From NCBI RefSeq assembly GCF_001194135.2, contig NC_068983.1, positions 49,049,002 to 49,113,001 of the forward strand: 64,000 nucleotides of DNA. The letters run 5' to 3'. This DNA is from Octopus bimaculoides. Taxonomy: Eukaryota. A model generated the notes under the pieces. The model was not told where the DNA came from. It searched no databases and saw only the letters and a list, made by a program, of their open reading frames with translations. The position numbers and the translations under genes were made by a program. Below are positions 12,894 to 23,774 of this stretch, piece by piece (the stretch's first letter is position 1; each line of letters opens with the position of its first letter).

Positions 12894-13434
12894 AACAACA
12901 AACAAGATGAGGACAAATATCCGTCAAATGTAAATAATGTAAACAATGTAGAACGACTGATATTTCTATGCAATCGAAGAAGACCCAGTGCATAGATTTA
13001 GAAGATAGTGTTGCTCTTAGAGTCACAGTAACATACTTATAGCAGATGCCACCTAACAAACCACAAACGATTTGCTATAGATGTAGAATGTTATCTAATC
13101 ATCTCTATATCGTTCCAATTTTAGTGTGTGTATTGCTGAAACAGTAGAGAATCTTATCTAATCAATTAGTTTACTTTAATGTAAAATATCTTTGCAACTG
13201 TTCCATAATATTCATGGCTTGATCTATCTTCAGTTCCACTGTTAACATTGAATTTAAAAATCATTTGTCATGACAGCATCAATCACACCTACCATACGAA
13301 ATGCGAAGTATTTTTGTGCATATTCTCATTTTAAATACATCTGATAAGACGTCCACAATTTTTACTACTGAAACATGGTAACTTTCAAATGCTAAATTAA
13401 GCGGTCATAAATTATATGTATGCGCGTCTATGCG

Positions 13435-13445
13435 TGTCTCTCTCA

Positions 13446-13492
<47 letters not shown>

Positions 13493-13530
13493 ATTTTCTT
13501 TCTTTCACTCTCTCTTCCTCTCTCTCTTTA
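13435..13530. repeat. (CT)n microsatellite; complementary (GA)n at 13770-13856
   Basis: Direct inspection. Confidence 0.95.
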
Positions 13531-13820
13531 TATATATTCACACAAACATATGAATGTGCGTACGTGTGTGTCTGTATGCACACGCGCATGTGCATCCATG
13601 TAATAAACATATACTGAAAGTCTCAGAGCAAATAGATACTTTGTTAAACTCCCTGTGTCTTTTTGTATTCTGCAAAACAGACAGAAGAATTACGCAGCTC
13701 ATTTCGTCAGGTAATCGCCAGGTAATCGGGAGTATTTTAATTCGTTGTAGAAGCGAGACAATAATAAAGAGACAAAGAGAGAGAGAGAGAGAGAGAGTGA
13801 GAGAGAGTGAGCGAGAGAGA

Positions 13821-13859
<39 letters not shown>

Positions 13860-13949
13860 GGGGCAGCTTACAATTAGTTTCGAAAAATACTGAAACAGGC
13901 ATTTTTCCTCATTTAGACATCAACACGTTTATTAGTAGCTTATAACTCT

Positions 13950-14228
13950 GTTGTTGTTGGCACTCCGTCGCTTTAGACGCCGAGGGTTCCAGTTGATCCG
14001 ATCAACGGAACAGCCTGCTCGTGAAATTAACATGCCAATGGCTGAACACTCCACAGACACGTGTACCCTTAACGTAGTTCTCGGAGATATTCAGCGTGAC
14101 ACAGTGTAACAAGGCTGATCCTTTGAAGTACAGGTACAACAGAAAACAGGAAGTAAGAGAAAGTTGTGTTGAAAGAGTACAGCAGGGTTCGCCACTATCC
14201 CCTGCCGGAGCCTCGTGGAGCTTTTAGG
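13950..14228 (-). mobile_element. SINE family C, 5'-truncated, with 13-bp TSD
   Basis: Matches the full copy at 48988-49372; (CAA)n tail; TSD AGCTTATAACTCT at 13937-13949 and 14229-14241. Confidence 0.9.
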
Positions 14229-14459
14229 AGCTTATAACTCTAGTAAGTATTGAAATGCCACAAGACTCAAATAATTCTTAATAATATTACAAGTGTACTT
14301 TAAGGCGGTGTACTGGGGTCGATAAAATAAGTACCAGCTGAGCATTGGCATCAATGTATCGACTTCACCCCTCCCCCGAAACTGCTGGCGCCAAAATTTT
14401 AAAACCAGTACTAAATGTGCACTATAATTCAGTAAACTGGCAGAATATTTTATCATCCT

Positions 14460-15020
14460 GGGAGAAATACTTAGCGGCATTTCGCCCGCCTCTACGATCT
14501 GAGTTCAATTCCCACCGGCGTCGAATTTGATATAACCATTAGTTGAACACATGGTTCTTTTTTCTATATGGTTACTTTTGTATAAAAATAAGAAGGAATT
14601 ATTTATCAGTGGTTGAACCACTGACATTAATTCGCCATCGTGTAACTGGCAATATTTTAATATTCATTTAAAGCAAGGCGGAAAGCAGACAGAATCGGTA
14701 ACACGCTGGAATGGTTTGCGGCATTTCGACCATCTTTACATTGTGAGATCAAATCCTACCGGCGTTGACTTATGTAAAATAACCATTAGTCGAACACAAG
14801 GTCCCTTTTTCTATATGGTTACTTTTGTGAAAAATAAGGAATTATTTATAAGTGGATGTACCACTGACATTAATTCACCGTCGTGTAAATGACAATATTT
14901 TAATATTCATTTAGAGCAAGGCAAGGAATTATATATTAATGGATGTACCACTGGCAATATTTTAATATTTTGATATTCATCTAGAGCAAGGTGGCAAGCA
15001 GACAAAATTCGGTAGCACAC
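14460..15020 (+). repeat. ~247-bp tandem repeat (about 2.3 units), each unit a family A SINE head plus unique sequence
   Basis: TAACCATTAG at 14533 and 14780; CTATATGGTTACTTTTGT, ACCACTGACATTAATTC and CAATATTTTAATATTCATTT are each repeated. Confidence 0.85.
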
Positions 15021-15199
15021 TGCATAAAATGTTTTGTGGTATTCCGTCCGTCTTTACGTCGTGAGGTCAAATTCAACCGAGGCCAACTTTGCCTTTCCTA
15101 CCAGTTGAACACTGAGCTCGAAGTAATCAATTTGGCCCCTCCACCCAACATACTACTCTTGTGCCAACATTTCAAACCAATATTACATGTGTAATTTCC

Positions 15200-15800
15200 G
15201 TAGAAAAACATTTGGATCTTTTTTAAAACGGGGGCCACATTTTTCATTAACGAAACACTTTGAAACTTGGAACACTGGTAGAAAGTGTCATATAAAACAT
15301 CTTTTTCTCTTCGTCTTCTTAAAAAAAAAGAAATCCATAAATTATTCCATGTTAAAGTTGTCGTATTTCTGTAATTTCAACCAATCACTGACGTCCATTC
15401 AGCCGATATACATTAAGTGCCGACTTCATAAACAAACGATTCTGAAACAATTAACCCTAACCCTAACCCTAACCCTAGGGTTAGGGTTAGGGTTAAAGCA
15501 AATTTAAAATGAAAAAAGCAAATAAAACGAAGGTATGGAGATTAAATACGCTTTACATCGCTTAATCAGCCAAAGGAGTAAATCTAAACAACTGAATACT
15601 TGTCAGTGATTGGTTGAAATTATCGAAATAAGACAATTTTTTACATGAAATAAATTCGAATACAAAAATATTTTTCTGTTCTATAACACAAAATAGATAA
15701 GTATACGAAGTTTGAAAGTCTTTCGGTACCAAAAACACTACGTAAAACATTAATGAAAAATGTGGCCCCCGTTTTAAAAAAGATCCAAATATTTTTCGTA
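15200..15800. mobile_element. Foldback/MITE-like element with long inverted arms and a central telomeric-repeat palindrome
   Basis: Perfect 41-bp inverted repeat at 15210-15250 / 15750-15790; inner inverted match AATTTCAACCAATCACTGAC; centre (CCCTAA)3CCCT-AGGG(TTAGGG)2 at 15451-15496. Confidence 0.8.
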
Positions 15801-16139
15801 ATCAGTTATATGTTAAACGTGTATTCCTATTGAACGAAATTGACATACCGGTAGCACATAGATGAATATCGGTTTGTATTCGGATGAGTGTTCTCTATTG
15901 GTAAATGGTTCGGTACACTTGGACAGCGAGGTTAATTATATCTTTGTTAAATGTCCGTTTTTAGATTAATAAACAATTTATTAACCTTCTGTGTTGATAC
16001 TTCTGTTTCTTGGTAAAGAATGCAGTAGTGAATTAATTTCTCTATATACTTTATCATTTTCTTTCAGTTTCACTATTTAAGACAATGATAATATTCTTAG
16101 TTAATGGATTGATACCTTGTGTTAATGATTCGATTTGAT

Positions 16140-16325
16140 GATTTCGAAGTTTGGCACAAGGTCAGCAAATTTGGGCAAGATGCCAAGTGTTTTCCATTGA
16201 CTCCAGGGTTAAACTGAAACTTATTGTGTGGATCTCTAAGTGATGAAGGGCAAATTCGTCTCCGACAGCATTTGAACTCAGAACATAAAGACGGGCAAAA
16301 TGCTGCTAAGCATTCTGTCCGGCGT
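16140..16325 (-). mobile_element. SINE family A, degraded
   Basis: ATTTGAACTCAGAACATAAAGACGGGCAAAATGCTGCTAAGCATT is the reverse complement of the family A head. Confidence 0.75.
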
Positions 16326-16391
16326 AGATTCAATATATTATATTAAACTGAAAGACATTGAAGTTTTTATGGTTAGAATATACTTCAAGAT

Positions 16392-16632
16392 AGGGCAGCG
16401 AGCTGGCAAGATCATCAGCACGCCGGGCGAAATGCCTAGTGGTAGTTCGTCTGCCGCTACATTCTGAGTTCAAATTCCATCAAGGTCAACTTGGCCTTTC
16501 ATCCTTTCTGGGTCGATTAAATAAGTACCAGTTACGCACTGGGTCGCTGTAATCGGCTTAAGTCTTTGTCTGTCCTTGTTTGCCCCCCACCCCCACCCCC
16601 AGGTTTAGCCCCGTGAGCAATAAAGAAATAAA
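16392..16632 (+). mobile_element. SINE family A, full length, probable TSD
   Basis: Complete head, core and AATAAAGAAATAA tail; AATATACTTC at 16377-16386 and 16631-16640. Confidence 0.9.
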
Positions 16633-17819
16633 TATACTTCGAGTTATTTAGAAATAAATGTAATTTAATAAAGTTTCAATTATTTATTTTGTTAAAATTT
16701 ACAAAAATTGCTTTTTGGTTTCAAATCAATGCAGCAGTTTAGTTGTCCCTATTTATTTACCGGCACTGCATGATCAATGGAAAATAACTCCAAAACTACG
16801 TTGTGCGCCGAGAGGAAATTCGGAAGCCAACATTAGTTGTGACAATAAACTGCAATGCGATGAGAGGAACTCAATGCATATCAAACAACCGTAGATCGTT
16901 CTGACATAACTACACGACAATAAACCTAGTATTTTAAGAAAATTCATGATTATGTGAACACAAATGAGTTCCAAGCCATCTTTATTGACATTTTAATTTT
17001 TTTAATGAACACAACCATAAAACTGGGCAAGAAATCTAGAAAGTTCTTTCTGCTCAACTTCTCAATCGAAATAATGTATGTACAGTCGAACGTTATGGTT
17101 TGTTAAAGAAACAGTCCATTCATCAACCAGGTTGAAAACAATACACCGGCACCTTGCAGATTGAATGGATGTAGCGTCAAGTATGAACCTTGTGAAGTCT
17201 GTTCAGAGATATGAAATGGTGAACATTGTTATCTACTGTAGCCTGGGTTACTAAAAATTTACTAGCCACCAGCAAACTTAACAACCTAGAGACTCGAATG
17301 GTCCTAATGATCCCCGTATTTCGCATCAACAAACTCAAAGCATTTTATTTTTCACTCAAAAATAGATTAAAATTTCCTATATAGTCCGCATTTATAATGC
17401 TGAAAAATAAGAGACAAGGATAACATATAGAGGTGTGGATTGTATATTCTAGCTCTTGTGTTCCTACACGGATAATTATATTTTGCTTTTAGCAGAAAGA
17501 GTGGTCCGGCAAACCTAGGAATAGTTTCAGATTAAAAAGAATTCTCGAATGCAGTCATAATAGACACATCATAGGGATGAAAACAGAAAATTGGGTAGAA
17601 AGGTTGCTTATGAAGAAAATATATGTAGAAGAAGAAATTGTTGAATATATAGAGTATTCAGAAACTCAAAAAATATATTTACAAAATAAACGCTTTCAGC
17701 TAAACAATGTGAAAACATTATTTATTAATCCTGTCCTGAGAAATTTAATCATAGCCATATTATAAAAAAAAATAGTAGAACAATTAATAAAAACTATCAA
17801 CTTTATTTCGGATTTTGTG

Positions 17820-18620
17820 AGACTCCATCGGTTGCGACGACGTGGGTTGCAGTTGATCCACTCAACGGAACAGCCTGCTCGTGAAATCATTTTCTGGGAG
17901 GTGGAGGCGGTCGATTAACTCGACCCCAATAAGCAGCTGGTACTTAATTTTATCGACCCCGAAAGGATGAAAGGCAAAGTGGACGTCGTCGGAATGTGAA
18001 ATTAGAGCGTAAAGACAGACAAAATACCACTACACATTTTGCCCGGCGTGCTAAAGTTTCTTATTTCTTTATTGCCCACACGGGGCTAAACATAAAGGGG
18101 ACAAACGAGGACAGACAGAGGGATTAAGTCGATTACATCGACTCCAGTGTATAACTGGTACTTATTTAATCGACCTCGAAAGGTTGAAAGGCTAAGTCGA
18201 CCTCGGCGGAATTTGAACTCGGAAGGAAGCGGCAGACGAAATACTGCTAAGCATTTCGTCCGGCGTGCTAACGGTTCTGCCATCTCGCCCCCTTAGCCTG
18301 CTCGTGAAATTAATGTGCAAATGCTGAGCACTCTAGAGAGACATGTACCCTTAACGTAGTTCTCGGAGAGATTCAGTTTGACACAGAGTGTGACAAGATA
18401 AGCCCCTTTGAAAAACAGGTACAATAGAAACAGGAAGAAAGAGTGAGAGAAAGTTCCGGTGAAAGAAATTAGCAGGTTCGGCCATCACCGCTGGCGGAGC
18501 CTCGGGGAGATTTAAGTGTTTTGACTTAATAAACACTCACAACCTCCGGTCTGCGAATCAAAACCGCAATCCTACACCCGCGAGTCCGCTCCCTTAACCA
18601 CTGGGCCATTGCGCCTCCAC
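17820..18620 (-). mobile_element. Family C SINE interrupted by two tandem family A SINEs (17888-18294)
   Basis: Family C pieces at 17820-17887 and 18295-18620; 16-bp duplication AGCCTGCTCGTGAAAT at 17872-17887 and 18295-18310. Confidence 0.9.
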
Positions 18621-18675
18621 ATTTAGGATTTAATCATAAAAGAGTCTTTTTTAGAGTAAATCGTACTCTATCTAG

Positions 18676-18709
<34 letters not shown>

Positions 18710-18839
18710 GTTTGTTTCTATATATTTATACATGTTATATATTAGTGTGTATTTATATGTGTGTTCTTAATGACTGACTCAAGATCTCTTCTACTTATAT
18801 TACAATACGATTTAATTTTTCAAGTGCTTCTCTGTCCTC

Positions 18840-19950
18840 TTCCATAGTTTTTTTTCTTCATTTGTATAGATGCTTGAATGGTACTTCAGCATGGCTTCTC
18901 TGAGAGAGATATCATATTGACAATGTATTTTTTCGAATCTTACTTTAAAATTTTGAACTAATACTTGAAAGTCGATTCCAACACATTCTATATTCCTTTG
19001 TTTAATCTTAGTGTATGTGCGGATGTTATTCATGAAAGTATTCTTTCAAACGGATGTATTGTGTGATGACATCCATACACTACCGCTGCATATTCGCTCA
19101 AATCTTGAATCTTACAATCAAAACACACTAACAGCAATTTATCTGTTGCTGCTTCACACCAGATTCCAACCAGTCAAGTTTCTTTCTCCAATTTTTAGTG
19201 TAAGTATTCAGGGCATTTATTTTTTAATACCTTGCAAGGTGTTCATTATATCTTGGTACAAGTGTCAAGATTTTCTGGCACGAATCCACAGCAATAGGAG
19301 TCACCGATCTTGTACAGAATGTAGCCGTGCTTTTTGAAATTTCTTTTGATAGAAGTTTACTGCTTAACAAGGTACAGAGTCGTATCCAAATCTATATATT
19401 TTATGAGGCACGTTGTAATTCAACACCTAAATTTATTTCCCGATTCACATATTGAGAATGTAAACTTCTTTTAGGCATAGCCAATGCAAAACTTCATACT
19501 TAATCTAAGATTCTACATGGATCCGCTATTTCCTTTTGGAACAGTAAAGTATTTACTCATCGCAGATCTTATAAATTTTAAATAAAGTTTATTAGTTCCA
19601 TTGGAGTACATAGCATGCAGATGCATTGCATAATACTTGTCGCAACAAGAAAACGCTGTTTGAAAATGCAGTTTGAATGCATCCCACCGGTTTAGAATTT
19701 CTATTTAGACAGCTGCGTCTCGATAACAACCTTGTAGCTGAAAGTCAAATCATTTTCAATGGTTCCTTGCTATACTTGATTAATTTATATATCTCCAGGT
19801 AATGTTCTCTACATAAAATTGATCGGCGGTGCCAGTTGTAAGTTCCTCTTAAAAGTTAGTCAATATTAGAACGTAATTCTTTAGAATCACAAGAACATGC
19901 CAAATGAAGAACTTGGCGAATGCTTTTTACGAGAATCAAGTCTGGCTTAT
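18840..19950 (-). mobile_element. Possible highly degraded Penelope-like element (RT C-terminus and GIY-YIG remnants)
   Basis: Frameshifted manual translation ..LYK..YCCG..RKS*HLY/RYNEHL resembles the GIY-YIG motif (VYKxxC..C..YIGKTxRHLxTRxxEHL); many stops. Confidence 0.4.
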
Positions 19951-20204
19951 CTAATTTCATTAACGTCTAAAAGGAATTATTAACGCAGCAAAGGTTTGAA
20001 GATCCATTTGTTCAATAGCAAAGGCGTTTTCAATATTGATTTCCTGACATGGTTATTCAGTTAAGAAGCTAGTTTTGCAACCAGATAATTTCGGGTTCAA
20101 TTCTATTGGGCGGCACCTTAAGAGATTCTCTTCTAGTATAGCCCCGGGTTTAGGAATAATTCATGGGCGATTTTTCAAATTTCTTTTAAGCACAAGAACT
20201 ACAA

Positions 20205-20655
20205 GTTAATATCAATAATATACTCTCCGTTGTTGTTTACGATTTCCCCCTATCGTTCAATAAGATTTTAGATTCCAACGCAATAGAAGTCTCTCGGTCT
20301 TGACTCAAAGAATTCACCCAACCAAGCCCTCATTTACACGTAATTATTGAACGATACACCATGCAAAGCGTTCGAGAGCGGTCCTAAGAGGTGAAAATCT
20401 GACGACGCCAAGTCTGGAGAGTATGCAGGATGAGGCAGCACTTTCGATTTGACTTCATAAATTGCAGCTCTGGTCATATTATTTGAGAATGGGTGTTGAT
20501 GTGTTCCAGAAGAACGCCATTTCGCCTATTTGGCCTTTTTTGCTGAGTTGCTTCGTTGAGTCGGTGCAGTTGATAAACGTGGAGCTTTGTATTGAGTGCT
20601 TGGTTGCGCTCAAGTAGTTTGTAATGAGTGATGCTTTCCCAGTCCCACAACATGA
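20205..20655 (-). mobile_element. Mariner transposase pseudogene, C-terminal catalytic half
   Basis: CWDWESITHYKLLERNQALN...KRPNRRNGVLL...VLPHPAYSPDLASSDFHLLGPLSNALHGVSF...W..FFESRPRDFY..GI..LIER: the mariner YSPDLAPSD motif. Confidence 0.9.
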
Positions 20656-20675
20656 TCTTTTCGCTGCTTCGTATT

Positions 20676-21225
20676 GAGCAGCGAAATGCTTAGCGGTATT
20701 TCGTCTGCCGCTACGTTCTGTGTTCAATTTCCGCCGAGGTCGACTTTGCCTTTCATCCTTTCGGGGTAGATAAATCAAGTACCAGTTACGCATTGGGGTC
20801 GATGTAATCGACTTAATCCTTTTGTCTGTCCTTGTTTGTCCCCTCTATGTTTAGCCCCTTGTGGGCAATAAAAAGTTAGCACGCCGGGCGAAATGCTTAG
20901 CGGCATTTTGTCTGTCTTTACGTTCAGAGTTCAAATTCTATCGAGGTCGAATTTGCCTTTCAATCTTTCGGGATCGATAAATTAAGTACCAGTTACGCAC
21001 TTGGGTCGATATAATCGACTTAGTACCTTTGTCTGTCCCTTCTATGTTAAGCCCCTAGCAGCATTTCGTATGTCTTTACGTTCCTGAATTCAAATTCTAT
21101 CGAGGTCGACTTTGTCTTTCATACTTTCGAGGTCGATAAATTAAGTACCAGTTGCGTACTGGATCGATCTAATCGAATGGCCCCCCTCCCTCCAAATTTC
21201 GTCTCTTGTGCCTAGAATAGAAAAG
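20676..21225 (+). mobile_element. Head-to-tail trimer of family A SINEs
   Basis: Three consecutive cores (about 20676-20875, 20876-21058, 21056-21225), each starting inside the head. Confidence 0.9.
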
Positions 21226-21454
21226 GATGTTCTAATTCACATAGATGCTATTGTTTGTATGTTTTGTTTCTGGTGTGGACCGAGCAATTCGTTGTAGTCT
21301 TCAGCTAAATAGTTCGTTGTTCCAGTCCACTCGGCTGTAAATGCGTTACCGCGAATGAAGGTGAAGGTTTTTGATCTCGGCAAATTATAAGCCATAGAAA
21401 ACGGGCCAACCCTCCCTATATGTTTTAGAACTTGGGACAGTAATGTGCAGGGAT

Positions 21455-21680
21455 TCATGATGATGATGATGACGATGATGACGATGATGGTGATGATGAT
21501 GATAATGTGGTGATGATAATAATGATGGTGACGATATGAAAGTGATTCTACTGCTGCTGCTGATGATGATAATGATGATAATGACGACGACAATGATGAT
21601 GATGATGATGACGACGACGACGACGACGACGACGACGATATTGATGATGGTATTGGTGATAATGATGATGATTTGAATTG
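21455..21680. repeat. (GAT)n/(GAC)n compound microsatellite
   Basis: Direct inspection. Confidence 0.95.
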
Positions 21681-23227
21681 TGGGGTTTAATTTTATTTTG
21701 CGGTGTCCATCTTATGTTTAATTTTTGCGTGATGTTGTTAAAGTGATAATGGAAATGAGTCTGATTTGTTGGCTCTTTGGAATCTCGTCTCTCTTGTGTG
21801 TGCGCGGGAGGTGGGGGTATAAATTGTAGCAACTGTCAGCGGAATATTTCTTCTCGACTCCAGGATAGCCGTTTGCCATGCGCATTTCTCCTCCTTCTTT
21901 TTTGTCCCTTAATGCCGAGATAGCGAATGCGGAGCCAGATAAAAGCTGTTTGATGAATGTATGTGAGTTATGTTGTTTCTGTTGTATTTCTCTCATTATG
22001 AAAGAGAGATAACTCCTCCGAGACTTCCTGGTTTGAAGATGGCCGTCATATTTGCTGTCATGATTGTTGTTTTTGTCTTTGTTCTTGATGTTGTTGCTGA
22101 TGAGACCATTTTTATGACCATTGTTGCTACTGTTGCTGCTATGCTAATGCTGCTATTTCGATAGTTATTGCCGATGTTGCTGTTGTTATTGTTCTAGTGC
22201 TGAAGGTATACGCACAAACGGACTTTTAAATCCCCTTTTCTAACTGCAGAGATCTGTATGATGATGATGCTGCCGCGTGTGTGACACCTATCTCTCCTGT
22301 TCTTCTCTACAACGCATATCATATCTCCATTCTCCAAATAATTGACCCTAAAAAAACATAACATATTTTCAAGGATAAAGCACACCAGCAACTCTAATCT
22401 GGTGTCGAAAAAGATCTTTCTTACAGGTTTAGCTCGAGTAAATAATTTTCAACATGATCTTATCCATGCTTCACTAAATCCACTTTTGTGCTACTAATCC
22501 AGTCAGCCTTCTGTGATATCTGCAAACACCTTTCCTTGAATATTGTAGTCGTAACGACAGTAGGAGAATTGTTTCATTTGATATTGGCATGATTGTTGAC
22601 AGAAATTCTACAGCCGCTATTTGCTGTTATATTTGTAACTACTGGCATATTCGCACTTGATTGGTTGCTGCTCAAAATGATAGTAGCGGCAAAGTATGAT
22701 GTTAGCGTCGTTGTTATTAGTGTTGATACTATTGTTGTGATTGGTGTTGATGTCCGTGTTGTTGTTGTCCGCCATATTGTTCTTGGTTTTAGTTCTGTGA
22801 TGATGATGGTTTGTTATTGTTAGTGCTATTCCTGTGGCCACCATAATAATCAGGTAGAACCGGAGGTGGTAGTTCTAATGTTGTTGTTTTTCTGGACTTT
22901 AGCACAATAATGGAATATTTTTTACCTAACTTAATGAAGTGGAATTACCTCCCCCACACACTCTCACCAATTTCCTCCCCTCCACTCATCTCGAGGCATC
23001 GCTTTGGAACTAGATATATATATATTTTTTAAATATTTTCCTAGATATATAAATATAGTTGTGCAAACCCCAAGGGCTTTAAAATCTAAACAAATCAGAA
23101 CACCTTTGCCCTCATACTCACTTCGAAAACAAAATGTGCAACACAATCAAAATACAAGAACTGCCTAAAAGGGTAGTCTAATTGTTTTTTCTAACGTACG
23201 AAGATGTCAAAATTATATGGTGAACAA

Positions 23228-23402
<175 letters not shown>

Positions 23403-23774
23403 GCTATTTTCATTAATCCTTTTTCTCTCTGTCTTCACTTTTTCTCTGTCATATGACTCTGTAAGTGAACAATCTGGTGTGTTTGTTTTAATGGCCTACC
23501 AATGTCATACAGTACGTTTCTCTGCCCTAGGTGTCAGGAAGACACTCGGCAAGAAATGGAAGCAGAATTGAGAGAAGATGCTTGTGAAAATATTGATAAT
23601 AGCAACAATAATAATAACATGAATGATAATAATAAGAATCTTATCTTTATTTGCCACAAGAACCAAGCACAAAACAAAAGGTCAACAGAAAGGGATAGGG
23701 GGCTTAACACAAAATCACTTGTAAGCAATATAAAAACAAGAATAATTAAGAAAATATTCAGACAATAAAATTCC

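Larger units (their letters stand above)
12432..12948. mobile_element. Palindromic non-autonomous element: head-to-head tRNA-like head + (AAT)n + hammerhead-bearing Penelope-type tail
   Basis: Inverted arms 12468-12673 and 12755-12939; central palindrome TATGCCC-AC-GGGCATA (12680-12695); 14-bp direct repeat TAGAACGACTGATA at 12418-12431 and 12949-12962. Confidence 0.8.

Noticed and set aside
15451-15496. Chromosome end-to-end fusion scar
   Set aside because: The orientation is CCCTAA then TTAGGG, the reverse of a fusion, and it sits inside an inverted-repeat element.
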